A stretch of DNA of 64,000 nt from an uncultured Chloroflexia bacterium (GTDB taxonomy: Bacteria; Chloroflexota; Chloroflexia; QHBQ01; JADMIH01). Below are positions 37,420 through 46,922 of the stretch, piece by piece. Under the pieces are notes generated by a model. That model made no database searches. It had not been told where the DNA came from and saw only the letters and a program-made list of their open reading frames with translations. A program made the translations under genes and the position numbers. Each line of letters opens with the position of its first letter. The stretch's first letter is position 1. The stretch covers positions 256,001 to 320,000 of the forward strand of contig CAWCNY010000002.1 of the NCBI GenBank assembly GCA_963797095.1, read 5' to 3'.

Positions 37420-37897
37420 GTAGGGGCACCCTTTATGGGTGCCCTGTACGCCTGCCACGATCTCTCCCCACCAGGGCACCCCTAGTGGGCAATGTTGTCG
37501 CATAAAAACACCAGCATAGAAATACCAATAGAAATACCAATTGTAAGATGTACCCTTGTAAGTACCCGATGGAATGCCCCAAGCCAAGTCCCGAAGGGAC
37601 GCAAAAGCGTAGCCCAGGGCGTAAGCCCTGTGGTAAGCCCAGGAAAATGCTATAGCCCCGTAGGGGCGTAAGAACAAGATCTCTACAGTCCTGTATGATG
37701 CAATGCTCTTACGTCCCTGCGGGACTACTTGCTTGGGTGGCATAAGATCCACAGGGCTTACGCCCTGGGCTATGTTCTGTCATCCTTTCGGGACTATGTT
37801 GGGATGGTGTACAAACAGGGCACCCGTTAGCAGAGTCCGCACTTGTGCCACGTTTGTGGGTTCATACGACAATATTGCCCACAAGGGGTGCCCCTAC
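37420..37897. repeat. Nested REP-like palindromic cluster
   Basis: Outer GTAGGGGCACCC...GGGTGCCCCTAC pair; inner element 37587-37795 with a perfect 24-bp inverted repeat (37610-37633 / 37749-37772). Confidence 0.8.
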
Positions 37898-38183
37898 AAC
37901 TATACTCCACCACCTGAACTCTGAGCATTTATCGCTTCAGGGCAAACGCATCTAAATTGGTATCAGTCGAAAACGGTTCAAATCAGCCTTCTACGATAGC
38001 CAGTAAACCTATCCGAGGCTCACATTTCGCCCCACAAGCCGGTCTCCATGGTAGTGAAGCGGCACCTTGCAACCGTTTCTTGGCCTTGAACCACCGCTGA
38101 TGGGTTGTTCAGCCCTTCGATTCTGGCCTTTTGGCCCAAAACGAGTTTAGATGCGTTTGCCTTGTGCGAACATATACCGTTAC

Positions 38184-38639
38184 CTACTGCCTCCCGTCTG
38201 CCGTCATGGGGTCGAGGCGGAAGACGGGGCAGCGGGGAGCGGCCTGGGCGAGGGTGTCGGGGTTGGCGGGGAGGCCGAGGATGCGCTCAAAGAAGGGGAG
38301 GCCGTGAGGGACCTGCACTGGAAACTGCCGCAGGATAGGCGGGCGCTGTTCGACAGGTAGCTCGACCATGGCTACCTGCTCGCGGTTGCGACCCCTGGTG
38401 AGGTAGCCCCAACCGGAGGCGCGGGCGTTCTTGACCCACTCGGTATCGTACCCGGTGACTATGTAGCGCTTGCCGTCAACTGTAACGAGCGAGACGGGGG
38501 TGCTGTGAATGTTGCCGCTCTTCCTGCCGGGTATTGAGAGGATGTGCTGCGTGCCAAGGGCCAGGCCTAGGCGGTTGAAGAAGGTGACGATGAGGTTGGC
38601 GGGCTTGAGCCACCGAGGGAGTCTATTCTTGCTGGTCAT
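38184..38639 (-). CDS. Deazaflavin (F420)-dependent nitroreductase-family (Ddn-like) protein
   Basis: GRKSG...TPV, WVKNARA and C-terminal PVFRL motifs. Confidence 0.8.
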   Translation of the reverse strand: MTSKNRLPRWLKPANLIVTFFNRLGLALGTQHILSIPGRKSGNIHSTPVSLVTVDGKRYIVTGYDTEWVKNARASGWGYLTRGRNREQVAMVELPVEQRPPILRQFPVQVPHGLPFFERILGLPANPDTLAQAAPRCPVFRLDPMTADGRQ

Positions 38640-39282
38640 CTGTGGTTCCTGTCTGCGAGTTTGCGTTGGGTGGCGATTCAGGCTGTGCCATTCCGGCGTG
38701 GCGACTGTGCCAGTCTATGAGAGTGCCCCACGATTCCTGTTCGATGCGCCATGGGAGGGCTGCTACCCATTCTCGCTCGGCTTGCAACATGGCGAACTGA
38801 TAATCGACCTCCACCAGCACTAGGGGGTCTATGCCTTGCTCGCGGTAGGATGCGAGGTTCGCGCGCAGGCGACCGATCTCGCGGTCGAGGTGGCTCAGCC
38901 TTTCGTGCAGGAGTGCATTCACCTCGGCGGGCGGAAGGGCAGGCAGCAGTGCAAGCCCGGCTTGAAAGTGCGGGTACTCTTTGATAGGGGTGCTAATCAA
39001 CTCGCGCAGCCACCGGTGCATCTCGTCCCGACCGGCCGGGGTGAGCGCGTATGTCGTGCGTTCGGGGCGGCGTCCCTCGCGGGTTGTGTCGCGCTGGACG
39101 ATGAAGCTTTCGCGCTGGAGAAGCCCGATAATGGTGTAAAGGGAGCCATAGGGGAGCTTGATGCTCTCTTCCTTGTTCCGCTCGCGCAGGAGCGCCGCCA
39201 TCTCGTACGGGTGCATCGGACGCTCGAAGAGGAGAACCAGCACGGCCAGAGCCAATGGATTGGAGATCTTTTGCTTTGACAT
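38623..39282 (-). CDS. PadR-family transcriptional regulator
   Basis: L.LL.ERPMHPYE, GSLY and RTTYALTPAG motifs. Confidence 0.92.
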   Translation of the reverse strand: MSKQKISNPLALAVLVLLFERPMHPYEMAALLRERNKEESIKLPYGSLYTIIGLLQRESFIVQRDTTREGRRPERTTYALTPAGRDEMHRWLRELISTPIKEYPHFQAGLALLPALPPAEVNALLHERLSHLDREIGRLRANLASYREQGIDPLVLVEVDYQFAMLQAEREWVAALPWRIEQESWGTLIDWHSRHAGMAQPESPPNANSQTGTTDDQQE

Positions 39283-39284
39283 TC

Positions 39285-39343
39285 GATATACTCGTTACCA
39301 TATATCCGGTGGCGAGTATATCAGATCCGCGCGTGAGTGTCAA
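39285..39343 (-). promoter_or_regulatory. padR promoter with inverted-repeat operator candidate
   Basis: Minus strand TTGACA-N17-TATACT; GATATACTCG...CGAGTATATC inverted repeat (39285-39322) overlaps -10. Confidence 0.7.
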
Positions 39344-39546
39344 GGCGACAGCGCCAGATCTACGGGCAAACGCATCTAAATAATGCTCGGGCGGTTCAAC
39401 CGGACAATCTTGTGCCTAGCATGAAGTCATCAGTCTGACAAATTCACCTACTACGTCTCATAATTCGGGCGAATCCGGACCTTGGCCGCATCAATCCCAT
39501 GCGTAAACCAATTTAGATGCGTTTGCCCTGTTTATCGCGGTCATAC

Positions 39547-41010
39547 CTGGTGATTACCCACATCTCGTAAGGGAATAGCAAAGCTCTGCTCCATGTGGTA
39601 AGAAGGGAGTGTCGAACAACCTTCACAAGCCACAGAGAGGAGGCAGAGCTTTGTGTAACCGTATTCTACCTATCGCACAGGTGCTTGCCAAGTTGCCGCA
39701 AGCCGAGTTGGAACAGAGTTTGAGGGAGTTTGTGGCTCCACTGACCGAATTGTTACCAGATCAGAGGCTCAGACGAATAGTGCCAGTAGCGGTGCAGGGC
39801 ATCTTGGCAGGGCAAAGCCCAGTGGTGACGGCTATGGCTCAAAGCGTGTCCCGTCAGGAAGCAGACCCTTGGGCACAAGCCAAGCGAGTGTATCGCTTGC
39901 TCAACAACACTCATTTCAACCACACTCAATTGCTGGACGGGTTGTACCGAGTGGCCCAGCACAACGCGCAAAGAGAGAAACCTCCATATCTGGTGGTAGC
40001 AGTTGATCCGGTGAACTTTGAGAAACCCTACACACAGCAGTTAGAGGGGGTGAGTATTGTGCATAAGAGCACCCCACCCGATTTGCACGGCAAAGCACGC
40101 CTAACGCATGGATACCCAGCCATTACGGCTACCATGGTCAATACCCAGGTGCCCGCCACCACCTATGCTCAGTGGTTCTCCTACACCACTGAGGACTTTC
40201 TCAGCCAGAACCGAGAGGTGGAGCGAGCCATCAACACTACCCGCCAACTCTTCCCCTCACCTGGCTATCAGGTGCGCTTTGTAGGGGACAGTGGGCTTGA
40301 TGACCAGAAGGTGTTTGCACAGGTTGAGAGAGTGCAAGCCAAGTTCATAATCCGAGCCTGTCACCTAGAGCGGATAGTGCAAGTGTACAATCCTCGCTTG
40401 GACAGATGGGAGACGCAGAGCTTACAAGACTTGGTAGGCACTATGCCGCATGAAGGGAAGTTTGAGGCCAGCTTCAACCATGCAGGCTACAGTTGGTTCA
40501 CCACAGTCAAAATGGGGTGGCTGCTCATCAGACTGCCTGAAACTGAAGAGCATATATGGGTGTTGGTGGCCGAAGACCAAGATGACAAAGGCAAAGAGCG
40601 CACATTAGTGTTGCTCACAAACGTGCCGATACACTCGATGGAAGATGCCCAGCAGGTATACTCGGATTGGCGCTTGAGAGGGCGTATCGAGGCAGGCTAC
40701 CGTTTCGACCAAGAGCAAGGTTTAGACGTGGAAGACATGAGAGTACGCACCATTGAGAGGATGCGGCGGCTGTTTGTGCTGGTGCTGTTGGCTGCTCAGT
40801 TCGTCTTCTACTTGATGCGGAGTTGGCCTGCCTCTGCTGTGCGGTGGCTGCGTAAGTTGGGTGGCAAGTTAGGTCTGAGCGCGGACAGGGACGGGCCGTA
40901 CATCGTGCTGAGAGGGTTGGGCGCCGTCTGGCAGGCGGTGGCTGCTCTCACCTGGCTCATTGTCTGTCCATTCCCTCATCAGGAGTTCCTGACATGTGGG
41001 TAATCACCAG
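39547..41010 (+). mobile_element. IS4-like insertion sequence
   Basis: 17-bp TIR CTGGTGATTACCCACAT / ATGTGGGTAATCACCAG; 9-bp TSD CGGTCATAC (39538-39546, 41011-41019). Confidence 0.93.
39651..41003 (+). CDS. DDE transposase (IS4-like)
   Basis: VAVD, VGDSG, LLTN and W..R..IE motifs; AGGAGG RBS before TTG 39651 (alternative GTG at 39609). Confidence 0.88.
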   Translation: MCNRILPIAQVLAKLPQAELEQSLREFVAPLTELLPDQRLRRIVPVAVQGILAGQSPVVTAMAQSVSRQEADPWAQAKRVYRLLNNTHFNHTQLLDGLYRVAQHNAQREKPPYLVVAVDPVNFEKPYTQQLEGVSIVHKSTPPDLHGKARLTHGYPAITATMVNTQVPATTYAQWFSYTTEDFLSQNREVERAINTTRQLFPSPGYQVRFVGDSGLDDQKVFAQVERVQAKFIIRACHLERIVQVYNPRLDRWETQSLQDLVGTMPHEGKFEASFNHAGYSWFTTVKMGWLLIRLPETEEHIWVLVAEDQDDKGKERTLVLLTNVPIHSMEDAQQVYSDWRLRGRIEAGYRFDQEQGLDVEDMRVRTIERMRRLFVLVLLAAQFVFYLMRSWPASAVRWLRKLGGKLGLSADRDGPYIVLRGLGAVWQAVAALTWLIVCPFPHQEFLTCG

Positions 41011-41022
41011 CGGTCATACTTC

Positions 41023-41051
41023 TTGACACTACCCCTTACGTCGCCTATAAT
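41023..41051 (+). promoter_or_regulatory. Consensus sigma70 promoter of rpsU
   Basis: TTGACA-N17-TATAAT. Confidence 0.88.
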
Positions 41052-41099
41052 AAGAGGTACGATCACATTTATGGGCTATCACCGAAGGGGGGGATATTA

Positions 41100-41288
41100 G
41101 TGTCTGAAGTAACAGTCGGCGACAACGAAAGCTTCGAAAGCGCACTGCGCCGCTTCAACAAGAAGGTGCAGCAGGACGGCATCCTGGCCGAAGCGCGCCG
41201 CCGCGAGTTCTACGAGAAACCGAGCGTGCTACGCAAACGCAAAGAAGCCGCTCGCCGCCGCAAGGCAATGTTGAAATCCTCCCGGTAA
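41100..41288 (+). CDS. rpsU: 30S ribosomal protein S21
   Basis: [10 protein letters not shown]...RREFYEKPS. Confidence 0.97.
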   Translation: MSEVTVGDNESFESALRRFNKKVQQDGILAEARRREFYEKPSVLRKRKEAARRRKAMLKSSR

Positions 41289-41479
41289 GCCCGGATAATC
41301 AGGACCAAAGTCGAAGGACGAAGGACGAACAAGAAGCATCGTCCCTCGTCCTTCGCCATTTCACACCCAACGACGAGTGACGAGTAGCAAGTTCCGACTA
41401 TCGACTACCAACTACTCGGAACCAGGAACCAGGAACTAGGAACTATCCTCCTCCATCCCCCACCCCCAAAGGTGAACCA

Positions 41480-41920
41480 ATGACCCTCAAAGACCAGCTA
41501 CTAAAAGACCTCCACAACTCCATGCGTAGCGGTGATCTACTTCGCAAAGAGACCCTCCGCATGGCCCGCTCCGCCGTCCGCAACGCCGAGATCGACCGCA
41601 TCGCTGAACTTGACGACGCGGGCGTGCAGGATATCCTCCGCAAAGAGATCAAGCAGCGCCGCGAATCCGCCGAGGAATATGAGCGCGCCAGGCGTATGGA
41701 CCTCGCAGACAAAGAGCGCGCCGAGGCCGCCATCCTCGAAGCCTACCTCCCCCAGCAAATGACCGAAGACGAGATCGAGGCCGAGGTACGCGCCATCCTC
41801 ACCGAGACCGGCGCTCGCGAAATGAGCAAGGTCATGCCCGTCGCCATGAGCCGCATGAGAGGCAAAGCCGACGGTCGCCTCGTCAACCGCGTGGTCACCC
41901 GTCTCCTCGCCGAAGGCTGA
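41480..41920 (+). CDS. GatB/YqeY domain protein
   Basis: KQRRES...YLPQQM...M..VM...GKADG; follows rpsU. Confidence 0.93.
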   Translation: MTLKDQLLKDLHNSMRSGDLLRKETLRMARSAVRNAEIDRIAELDDAGVQDILRKEIKQRRESAEEYERARRMDLADKERAEAAILEAYLPQQMTEDEIEAEVRAILTETGAREMSKVMPVAMSRMRGKADGRLVNRVVTRLLAEG

Positions 41921-41952
41921 TCCCCATTTCCCCCGGCTTGCAGGAGGGCAAT

Positions 41953-42918
41953 ATGGATTCGCACGCAGAGCTCACCTCGCGGCCCTATGAAGACCGGGAC
42001 ATCGAGGCGGTTTGCGACCTCCTCAACCTGTGCGATGTTATCGACCGGCAAGACGACCACTACTCCGTCGAGCAGCTAAAGCAGCGCTACGCGTCCTCCA
42101 CCCTCGACCGCTTCAACGATCAGCACGTCTGGGAGGACGCGCAGGGTCGTTTGGGCGCCTTCGCCCAGGTCTGGAGCCACCCCTCCAATTCCACACTAGA
42201 TTGCTACTTCTATTTCCGCGTACACCCCGATATGCGCGGTACCGCCATAGACCGCGAGATAATCGACTGGGCCGTCCATCGCTCACACGAAGCAGGGCAG
42301 CCGCGCGGCTTGAAATCCGTGCTGATGGGCCGGGTGTTCGACCACGACGCCTATTCGCGTGGCCTGTTCGAGCAGCAAGGCTTCCAAATAGTGCGCTTCG
42401 GCCTTCGCATGGAGCGCCCCCTGCGCGACCCCGTGCCCGCTCCGGTCTTTCCCGATGGCTACACACTGCGCCACGCCGAAGGTGAGGAAGATATCGCGCC
42501 CTGGGTCGATTGCTACAACCACTCCTTCATCGACCACTGGGGCTTCCACCCCGACACCGTGGAGGAACGCAAGCACCACCTCCAGCGCCCAGGCTACCAC
42601 CCTGAGCAAGACCTTGTGGCCGTAGCGCCTGATGGCACTTTCGCCGCCTTTTGCTTGTGGTACATGGACGACCCCGCTAGTGATGCACAGGCTGGAAGGG
42701 TGGGCATAATAGGCCTGCTTGGCACTCGCCGGGGACATCGCGGGCTTGGGCTTGGTCGGGCTATGCTAATGGCTGGCCTGCAACATCTCAAAGAGTCGGG
42801 CGCCGACATAGCCAGACTGGGCGTCGACGCCGAGAACCCCACCGGTGCAGCTGGCCTTTACGAGCGTGCAGGCTTTGAGAAAGTAGCCACTCGTATCAGC
42901 TACCACAAGGACGTTTAA
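41953..42918 (+). CDS. Tandem GNAT acetyltransferase
   Basis: VHPDMRG and GTRRGHRGLGLG AcCoA motifs; LYERAGF. Confidence 0.88.
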   Translation: MDSHAELTSRPYEDRDIEAVCDLLNLCDVIDRQDDHYSVEQLKQRYASSTLDRFNDQHVWEDAQGRLGAFAQVWSHPSNSTLDCYFYFRVHPDMRGTAIDREIIDWAVHRSHEAGQPRGLKSVLMGRVFDHDAYSRGLFEQQGFQIVRFGLRMERPLRDPVPAPVFPDGYTLRHAEGEEDIAPWVDCYNHSFIDHWGFHPDTVEERKHHLQRPGYHPEQDLVAVAPDGTFAAFCLWYMDDPASDAQAGRVGIIGLLGTRRGHRGLGLGRAMLMAGLQHLKESGADIARLGVDAENPTGAAGLYERAGFEKVATRISYHKDV

Positions 42919-42973
42919 CCCCTCCCTAACCCTATCCCCTTTGACAGCTCCCGCTTTATGTTATACTTACGAC

Positions 42974-43116
42974 GAGCGGACACGCGACACCGGTCGAATA
43001 ACGATGCGCCTGTCTAAGACCGGTTTCCAGGAGTGGAACGACGACGGGAATATCAATTCCTTTGAAGCACTGCATCTCGCGTAGCGTGGTCGGACACTGG
43101 GCAGAGTGACCGTTCC
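42974..43116 (+). ncRNA. Structured RNA candidate, 6S RNA-like rod with central bubble
   Basis: Extended -10 TGnTATACT (42959-42967); nested pairings GAGCGG/CCGTTC, CAC/GTG, CCGGT/ACTGG, CGA/TCG, ACG/CGT, TGCGC/GCGTA, unpaired centre, AGGAGT/ATTCCT. Confidence 0.5.
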
Positions 43117-43145
43117 GCCTCTTTCCAGGACGGCAGGTCACATAC

Positions 43146-45707
43146 ATGAGCGATAAGAACCCCACGGCTGGCGATTTGAACCAGGCCAATCCTGCATCAC
43201 CCATCCAGCCTGCGGAATCCACACAAGCAAACCCCACCCCCGACAATGCGAGCTCTCGCTCCACACAGGCGAGTGGCCCCAGCACCGGTGGACTGCGCGC
43301 GCTCAGACGTGCTTTCCCCACCTTCCGCTCGCTCTATGCGCGGCAGCAGGCCGAGAGCGTTCCGTACAAGGGCAAGCCTGTCCATCTCATCGTTTCGGCC
43401 ATCCTCCTCACAGTTCTCATCACCCTCCTGATGAGCATCCCACTCCTGCCCGGACAGGTCGAACTTGAGCCTGGCACCCCGGCCCCCCAGGACATCTATT
43501 CCCCCGCCTATCAGCGCTTCGAGTCGCAGGTGCTGACCGACCAGGCCCGCGAAAAAGCCCGCGAGGACCCGTCGAACGAGGTGTGGGTTCAAGACACCAA
43601 CCTCATCCAGCAGAATCGCTCAATTATCCAGAACAATCTCTCCGTGCTGGACATGATTCGCCTGGATGCGAGCATGGACTCGCCACCATCTTCGCATCGC
43701 GAGCCTGCTTTCCAGGGCATCACCCTCACCGAAGAGCTTCTCAACGTCCTCATCCTTCTCCCCCAGTCCGAATACCAGTCGTGGCGGGATAACGGGGTGT
43801 TCGCCTCCTACGATTCCAATATGCGCGGCAGGCGTCTTGCCAGCGAGGCCGATGTTGCCGTTGCCCGCGCCGCCCTCTTCGATAGGCTCCCCTCTTCCTT
43901 CTCAACCGATGAAAAAGAGGCCGCTGTTGCCTTCGTCTCCCCCATGATCGTCGTCAATATGCGCCTCGATGAAGACCAGACCAACGCGCGCCGCGAGCAG
44001 GCTGCCGCCAATGTCGTACCAGTGATCCAGGTGGTACAAAAAGGCGAGGCCATCCTGCGTCAGGGAGAGCTTGTCACCCCCGAAGCCATAGAAAAGATGC
44101 AGGAAGCGGGCCTCCTCAGGCGAGACCTGACCTTCGCCGGTTTGGCAAGTACCGGCGCGCTGGTCGGCCTCTTCATGCTCCTTCTGCACCTTTACATCTT
44201 CAGATATACTCCCCAGGTATGGCAGCGCCAGCGCCAGGTTGTCCTCATCGGCCTCCTGATCCTGGGCACGGTGGGTGTGGCCCGCGTCTTCCTGCCGGGT
44301 CACGCGTTCCTCCCCTACCTTCTCCCTCTTGCCGCCGTCTCGATGCTGATCGCCGTCCTGATCAACACAGATGTGGCCGTGCTTGTCACACTTGTCCTGT
44401 CGGTGCTCACCGTGCTTGTCGCCAACGGCACCAACCTGTCGATGGAACTCACCCTCTACTACTTTGTGAGCGGCCTTGCGGGTATCTTCAGCCTCACCCA
44501 TGTTGAGCGGGTCAGTACCTTCGCGCGGGCGGGCGCTTTCATAGCCCTCTCCTGCTTCCTTGCCGTCTTTACACTGAATGTGATCACTGCCGCCCCCATT
44601 GATTGGAACTCCATCCAGAGCTTCGTCCTTGCTGCGGTCTTCAACGGCGTTGTATCCGCCTCTATCACCTATGCTGCCTTCTCTCTCCTCGGCACCCTCT
44701 TCGGCATCACCACTCCCGTCCAATTGATGGAGCTTGCCCATCCCGACCAGCCTGTGCTGCGCCGGCTGATGCAGGAGGCCCCCGGCACATACCATCACTC
44801 CCTTGTGGTCAGCAATCTTGCCGAGCGCGCCGCCGAAATGATCGGGGCCGACGCTCTCCTCACCCGCGTCTGTGCCTACTACCACGATATAGGCAAGGTC
44901 ATGCACCCCTACTACTTCATCGACAACCAGAGCGGAATGAAGAATATCCATGACAAGCTCGACCCGCGCGAGAGCGCGGCCATCATCGCGGGTCATGTGC
45001 GCGATGGCGTTGAGCTTGGGCGCAAGAGCCGCCTGCCCAGGCGCGTGCTCGACGCTATCCCTCAGCACCACGGCACCATGCTGATCCAGTACTTCTACTA
45101 CAAAGCATTGAAGGAAGATCCCAACACCAACCCCGACGATTTCAGGTATCCCGGCCCCAAGCCCCAGACCAAAGAGAACGCCATCCTCATGCTGGCCGAC
45201 GGTGTGGAAGCCACTGTACGCGCTATGGCCCAGGCAGGCGCTCTCGATAAGCCCCCCACCCCCAACAGCGACGCCAGCGAAAGCCCCGGCCTCTACAACA
45301 ACACCGCCTCCCTCCCTAACGATACCCTGATCAACACCGTACACCGCATCATCAGCGAGCGCATAGAGGACGGCCAACTGGACGAATGCGACCTGACAGT
45401 GCGCGATATTGCCCGCATCCAGGAGGCGTTCGTCAGCATGCTCAAAGGCATCTATCACCCCAGAGTGCAATACCCCAGCAGCACTCAGAAGGAAGAAGAG
45501 CAGCCAACCCCATCTCCCGATGGCGCACGTCCCGCCGAAGCCAAAGGCCACACCACATCTCCCCTCGCCGATGGAATGGTCTCCAATGGGCATGTTTCCC
45601 AGCCCGCAAACGGCTACAGCAATGGGCACACTGCGGCTCTCAATGGCACGAACACCGCTGGCGAACAGCAGCAAGCGCCCGCACAGCCCACAACCCGCGA
45701 ACCCTGA
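43146..45707 (+). CDS. pgpH: 7TM-HD phosphohydrolase (c-di-AMP phosphodiesterase PgpH-like)
   Basis: Extracellular domain, 7 TM, EAPGTYHHS, YHDIGK, QHHGT, RYPGPKP, MLAD; synteny with ybeY-dgkA. Confidence 0.88.
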   Translation: MSDKNPTAGDLNQANPASPIQPAESTQANPTPDNASSRSTQASGPSTGGLRALRRAFPTFRSLYARQQAESVPYKGKPVHLIVSAILLTVLITLLMSIPLLPGQVELEPGTPAPQDIYSPAYQRFESQVLTDQAREKAREDPSNEVWVQDTNLIQQNRSIIQNNLSVLDMIRLDASMDSPPSSHREPAFQGITLTEELLNVLILLPQSEYQSWRDNGVFASYDSNMRGRRLASEADVAVARAALFDRLPSSFSTDEKEAAVAFVSPMIVVNMRLDEDQTNARREQAAANVVPVIQVVQKGEAILRQGELVTPEAIEKMQEAGLLRRDLTFAGLASTGALVGLFMLLLHLYIFRYTPQVWQRQRQVVLIGLLILGTVGVARVFLPGHAFLPYLLPLAAVSMLIAVLINTDVAVLVTLVLSVLTVLVANGTNLSMELTLYYFVSGLAGIFSLTHVERVSTFARAGAFIALSCFLAVFTLNVITAAPIDWNSIQSFVLAAVFNGVVSASITYAAFSLLGTLFGITTPVQLMELAHPDQPVLRRLMQEAPGTYHHSLVVSNLAERAAEMIGADALLTRVCAYYHDIGKVMHPYYFIDNQSGMKNIHDKLDPRESAAIIAGHVRDGVELGRKSRLPRRVLDAIPQHHGTMLIQYFYYKALKEDPNTNPDDFRYPGPKPQTKENAILMLADGVEATVRAMAQAGALDKPPTPNSDASESPGLYNNTASLPNDTLINTVHRIISERIEDGQLDECDLTVRDIARIQEAFVSMLKGIYHPRVQYPSSTQKEEEQPTPSPDGARPAEAKGHTTSPLADGMVSNGHVSQPANGYSNGHTAALNGTNTAGEQQQAPAQPTTREP

Positions 45708-45716
45708 TCGTGTGAT

Positions 45717-46265
45717 ATGGGCGAAAAATCTTCAATGGAACACGACTCACAAATAGCACCTGAACAGGGCGGCACAGTAAGCGCCGACCCTGGTTCCGAC
45801 TACCTCATTACAGTGCAGGTAGACGACCAATTTGAAGACAAAGTAGACGCCGGTGCCCTTCACACCCTCGCCATCTCCGTGTTGCGCGCCGAGAAAAAGG
45901 TCGGTCCCCTCGAACTGGGCGTGGTAGTCACCACCGACGACGAAGTGCTGGCCCTCAATCGCCAGTACCTCGGCCACGACTACAAAACCGATGTGATCTC
46001 CTTCAGCATGGAGGACGAGGACACCGGCCCCGGCTTCCTCACCCCCGCCGAGCGCCCCCCTTACCTGGGCGACGTAGTTATCTCCTACGACCGCGCAGCC
46101 GACCAGGCTCCCGATTACGGCCACACCACCGCCCAGGAGGTCGCCACCCTCCTCATTCACGGCATCCTCCATCTCCTCGGCTGGGACGATACCGGCGAGG
46201 AGTCCCGCGCCCGCATGCACGCCCGCCAGGATGAGCTTCTATCCCAGGCCGGTCCCACCTTTTAG
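45717..46265 (+). CDS. ybeY: rRNA maturation endoribonuclease YbeY
   Basis: LN...TDVISF, LGDVVIS and IHGILHLLGWD motifs (third His position reads D). Confidence 0.9.
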   Translation: MGEKSSMEHDSQIAPEQGGTVSADPGSDYLITVQVDDQFEDKVDAGALHTLAISVLRAEKKVGPLELGVVVTTDDEVLALNRQYLGHDYKTDVISFSMEDEDTGPGFLTPAERPPYLGDVVISYDRAADQAPDYGHTTAQEVATLLIHGILHLLGWDDTGEESRARMHARQDELLSQAGPTF

Positions 46266-46288
46266 CTCTCGGACATAACTGCCCAACT

Positions 46289-46675
46289 GTGCAACAATCC
46301 AAGTCCAAAATCGAAAACCCGAAATCCAAAATAATCCAGAGCTTTGTCTACGCCTTCGCGGGGGTGCGCTACTGCTTCCGTACTCAACTCAACTTCCGCA
46401 TCCACCTGGCAATCGCCCTGCTTGCCATTTTCCTCGGTATCTACCTGGGCCTTTCATGGGTCGAATGGGCGCTTATCGCCACTGTAATCGCGCTCGTACT
46501 GGTCGCCGAGATGGTCAACACAATGGTAGAAGCCCTGGTGGATCTCGTAACTCAACAGTACCACCCCCTTGCCAAGATAGCCAAAGACGTATCGGCGGGC
46601 GTGGTGCTCCTGACTGCCATAAGCGCAGCCATTGTGGGTATTCTGATTTTCCTGCCAAAACTCCTGAGCCTGTAA
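46289..46675 (+). CDS. dgkA: Diacylglycerol/undecaprenol kinase
   Basis: SF.YA..G, NFRIH, EMVNT.VE and AKIAKDV motifs. Confidence 0.9.
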   Translation: MQQSKSKIENPKSKIIQSFVYAFAGVRYCFRTQLNFRIHLAIALLAIFLGIYLGLSWVEWALIATVIALVLVAEMVNTMVEALVDLVTQQYHPLAKIAKDVSAGVVLLTAISAAIVGILIFLPKLLSL

Positions 46676-46798
46676 CCCACATCCGTATCTAGCTGTAGGC
46701 TCGGTTGGCGCTCGTACACGCTGGGAGGACTGTGTAGGACGTCTGCCGAGTTCGTCTTTTCTCTTGCAATTTTCCACACCCAATCCATCCACATCCGC

Positions 46799-46827
46799 TT
46801 GACTGCCCTTTTCCCCTAAGTTATAAT
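46799..46827 (+). promoter_or_regulatory. trxA promoter
   Basis: TTGACT-N17-TATAAT. Confidence 0.8.
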
Positions 46828-46922
46828 TATCGTGACGACCAAGCAGTTAGCCACACCGCTGCCGTCTAGGTCGGCGAGAAGCGAGGGCGCTTCATTCATA
46901 TAATAAGAGGAGGCTATATAAG

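Larger units (their letters stand above)
37938..39530. mobile_element. Putative MITE-bounded composite element (ISAs1-type ends) carrying padR + oxidoreductase gene
   Basis: Perfect 24-bp outer IR CAGGGCAAACGCATCTAAATTGGT; degenerate inner ends at 38146-38164 and 39362-39380; flanks TTTATCGCTT / TTTATCGCGG. Confidence 0.72.

Noticed and set aside
43902-45674. Long antisense ORFs (also 35226-36584, 5977-7158, 22648-23760, 28062-29087, 52539-53747)
   Set aside because: Shadow frames of well-supported genes, expected in GC-rich coding DNA; no motifs.
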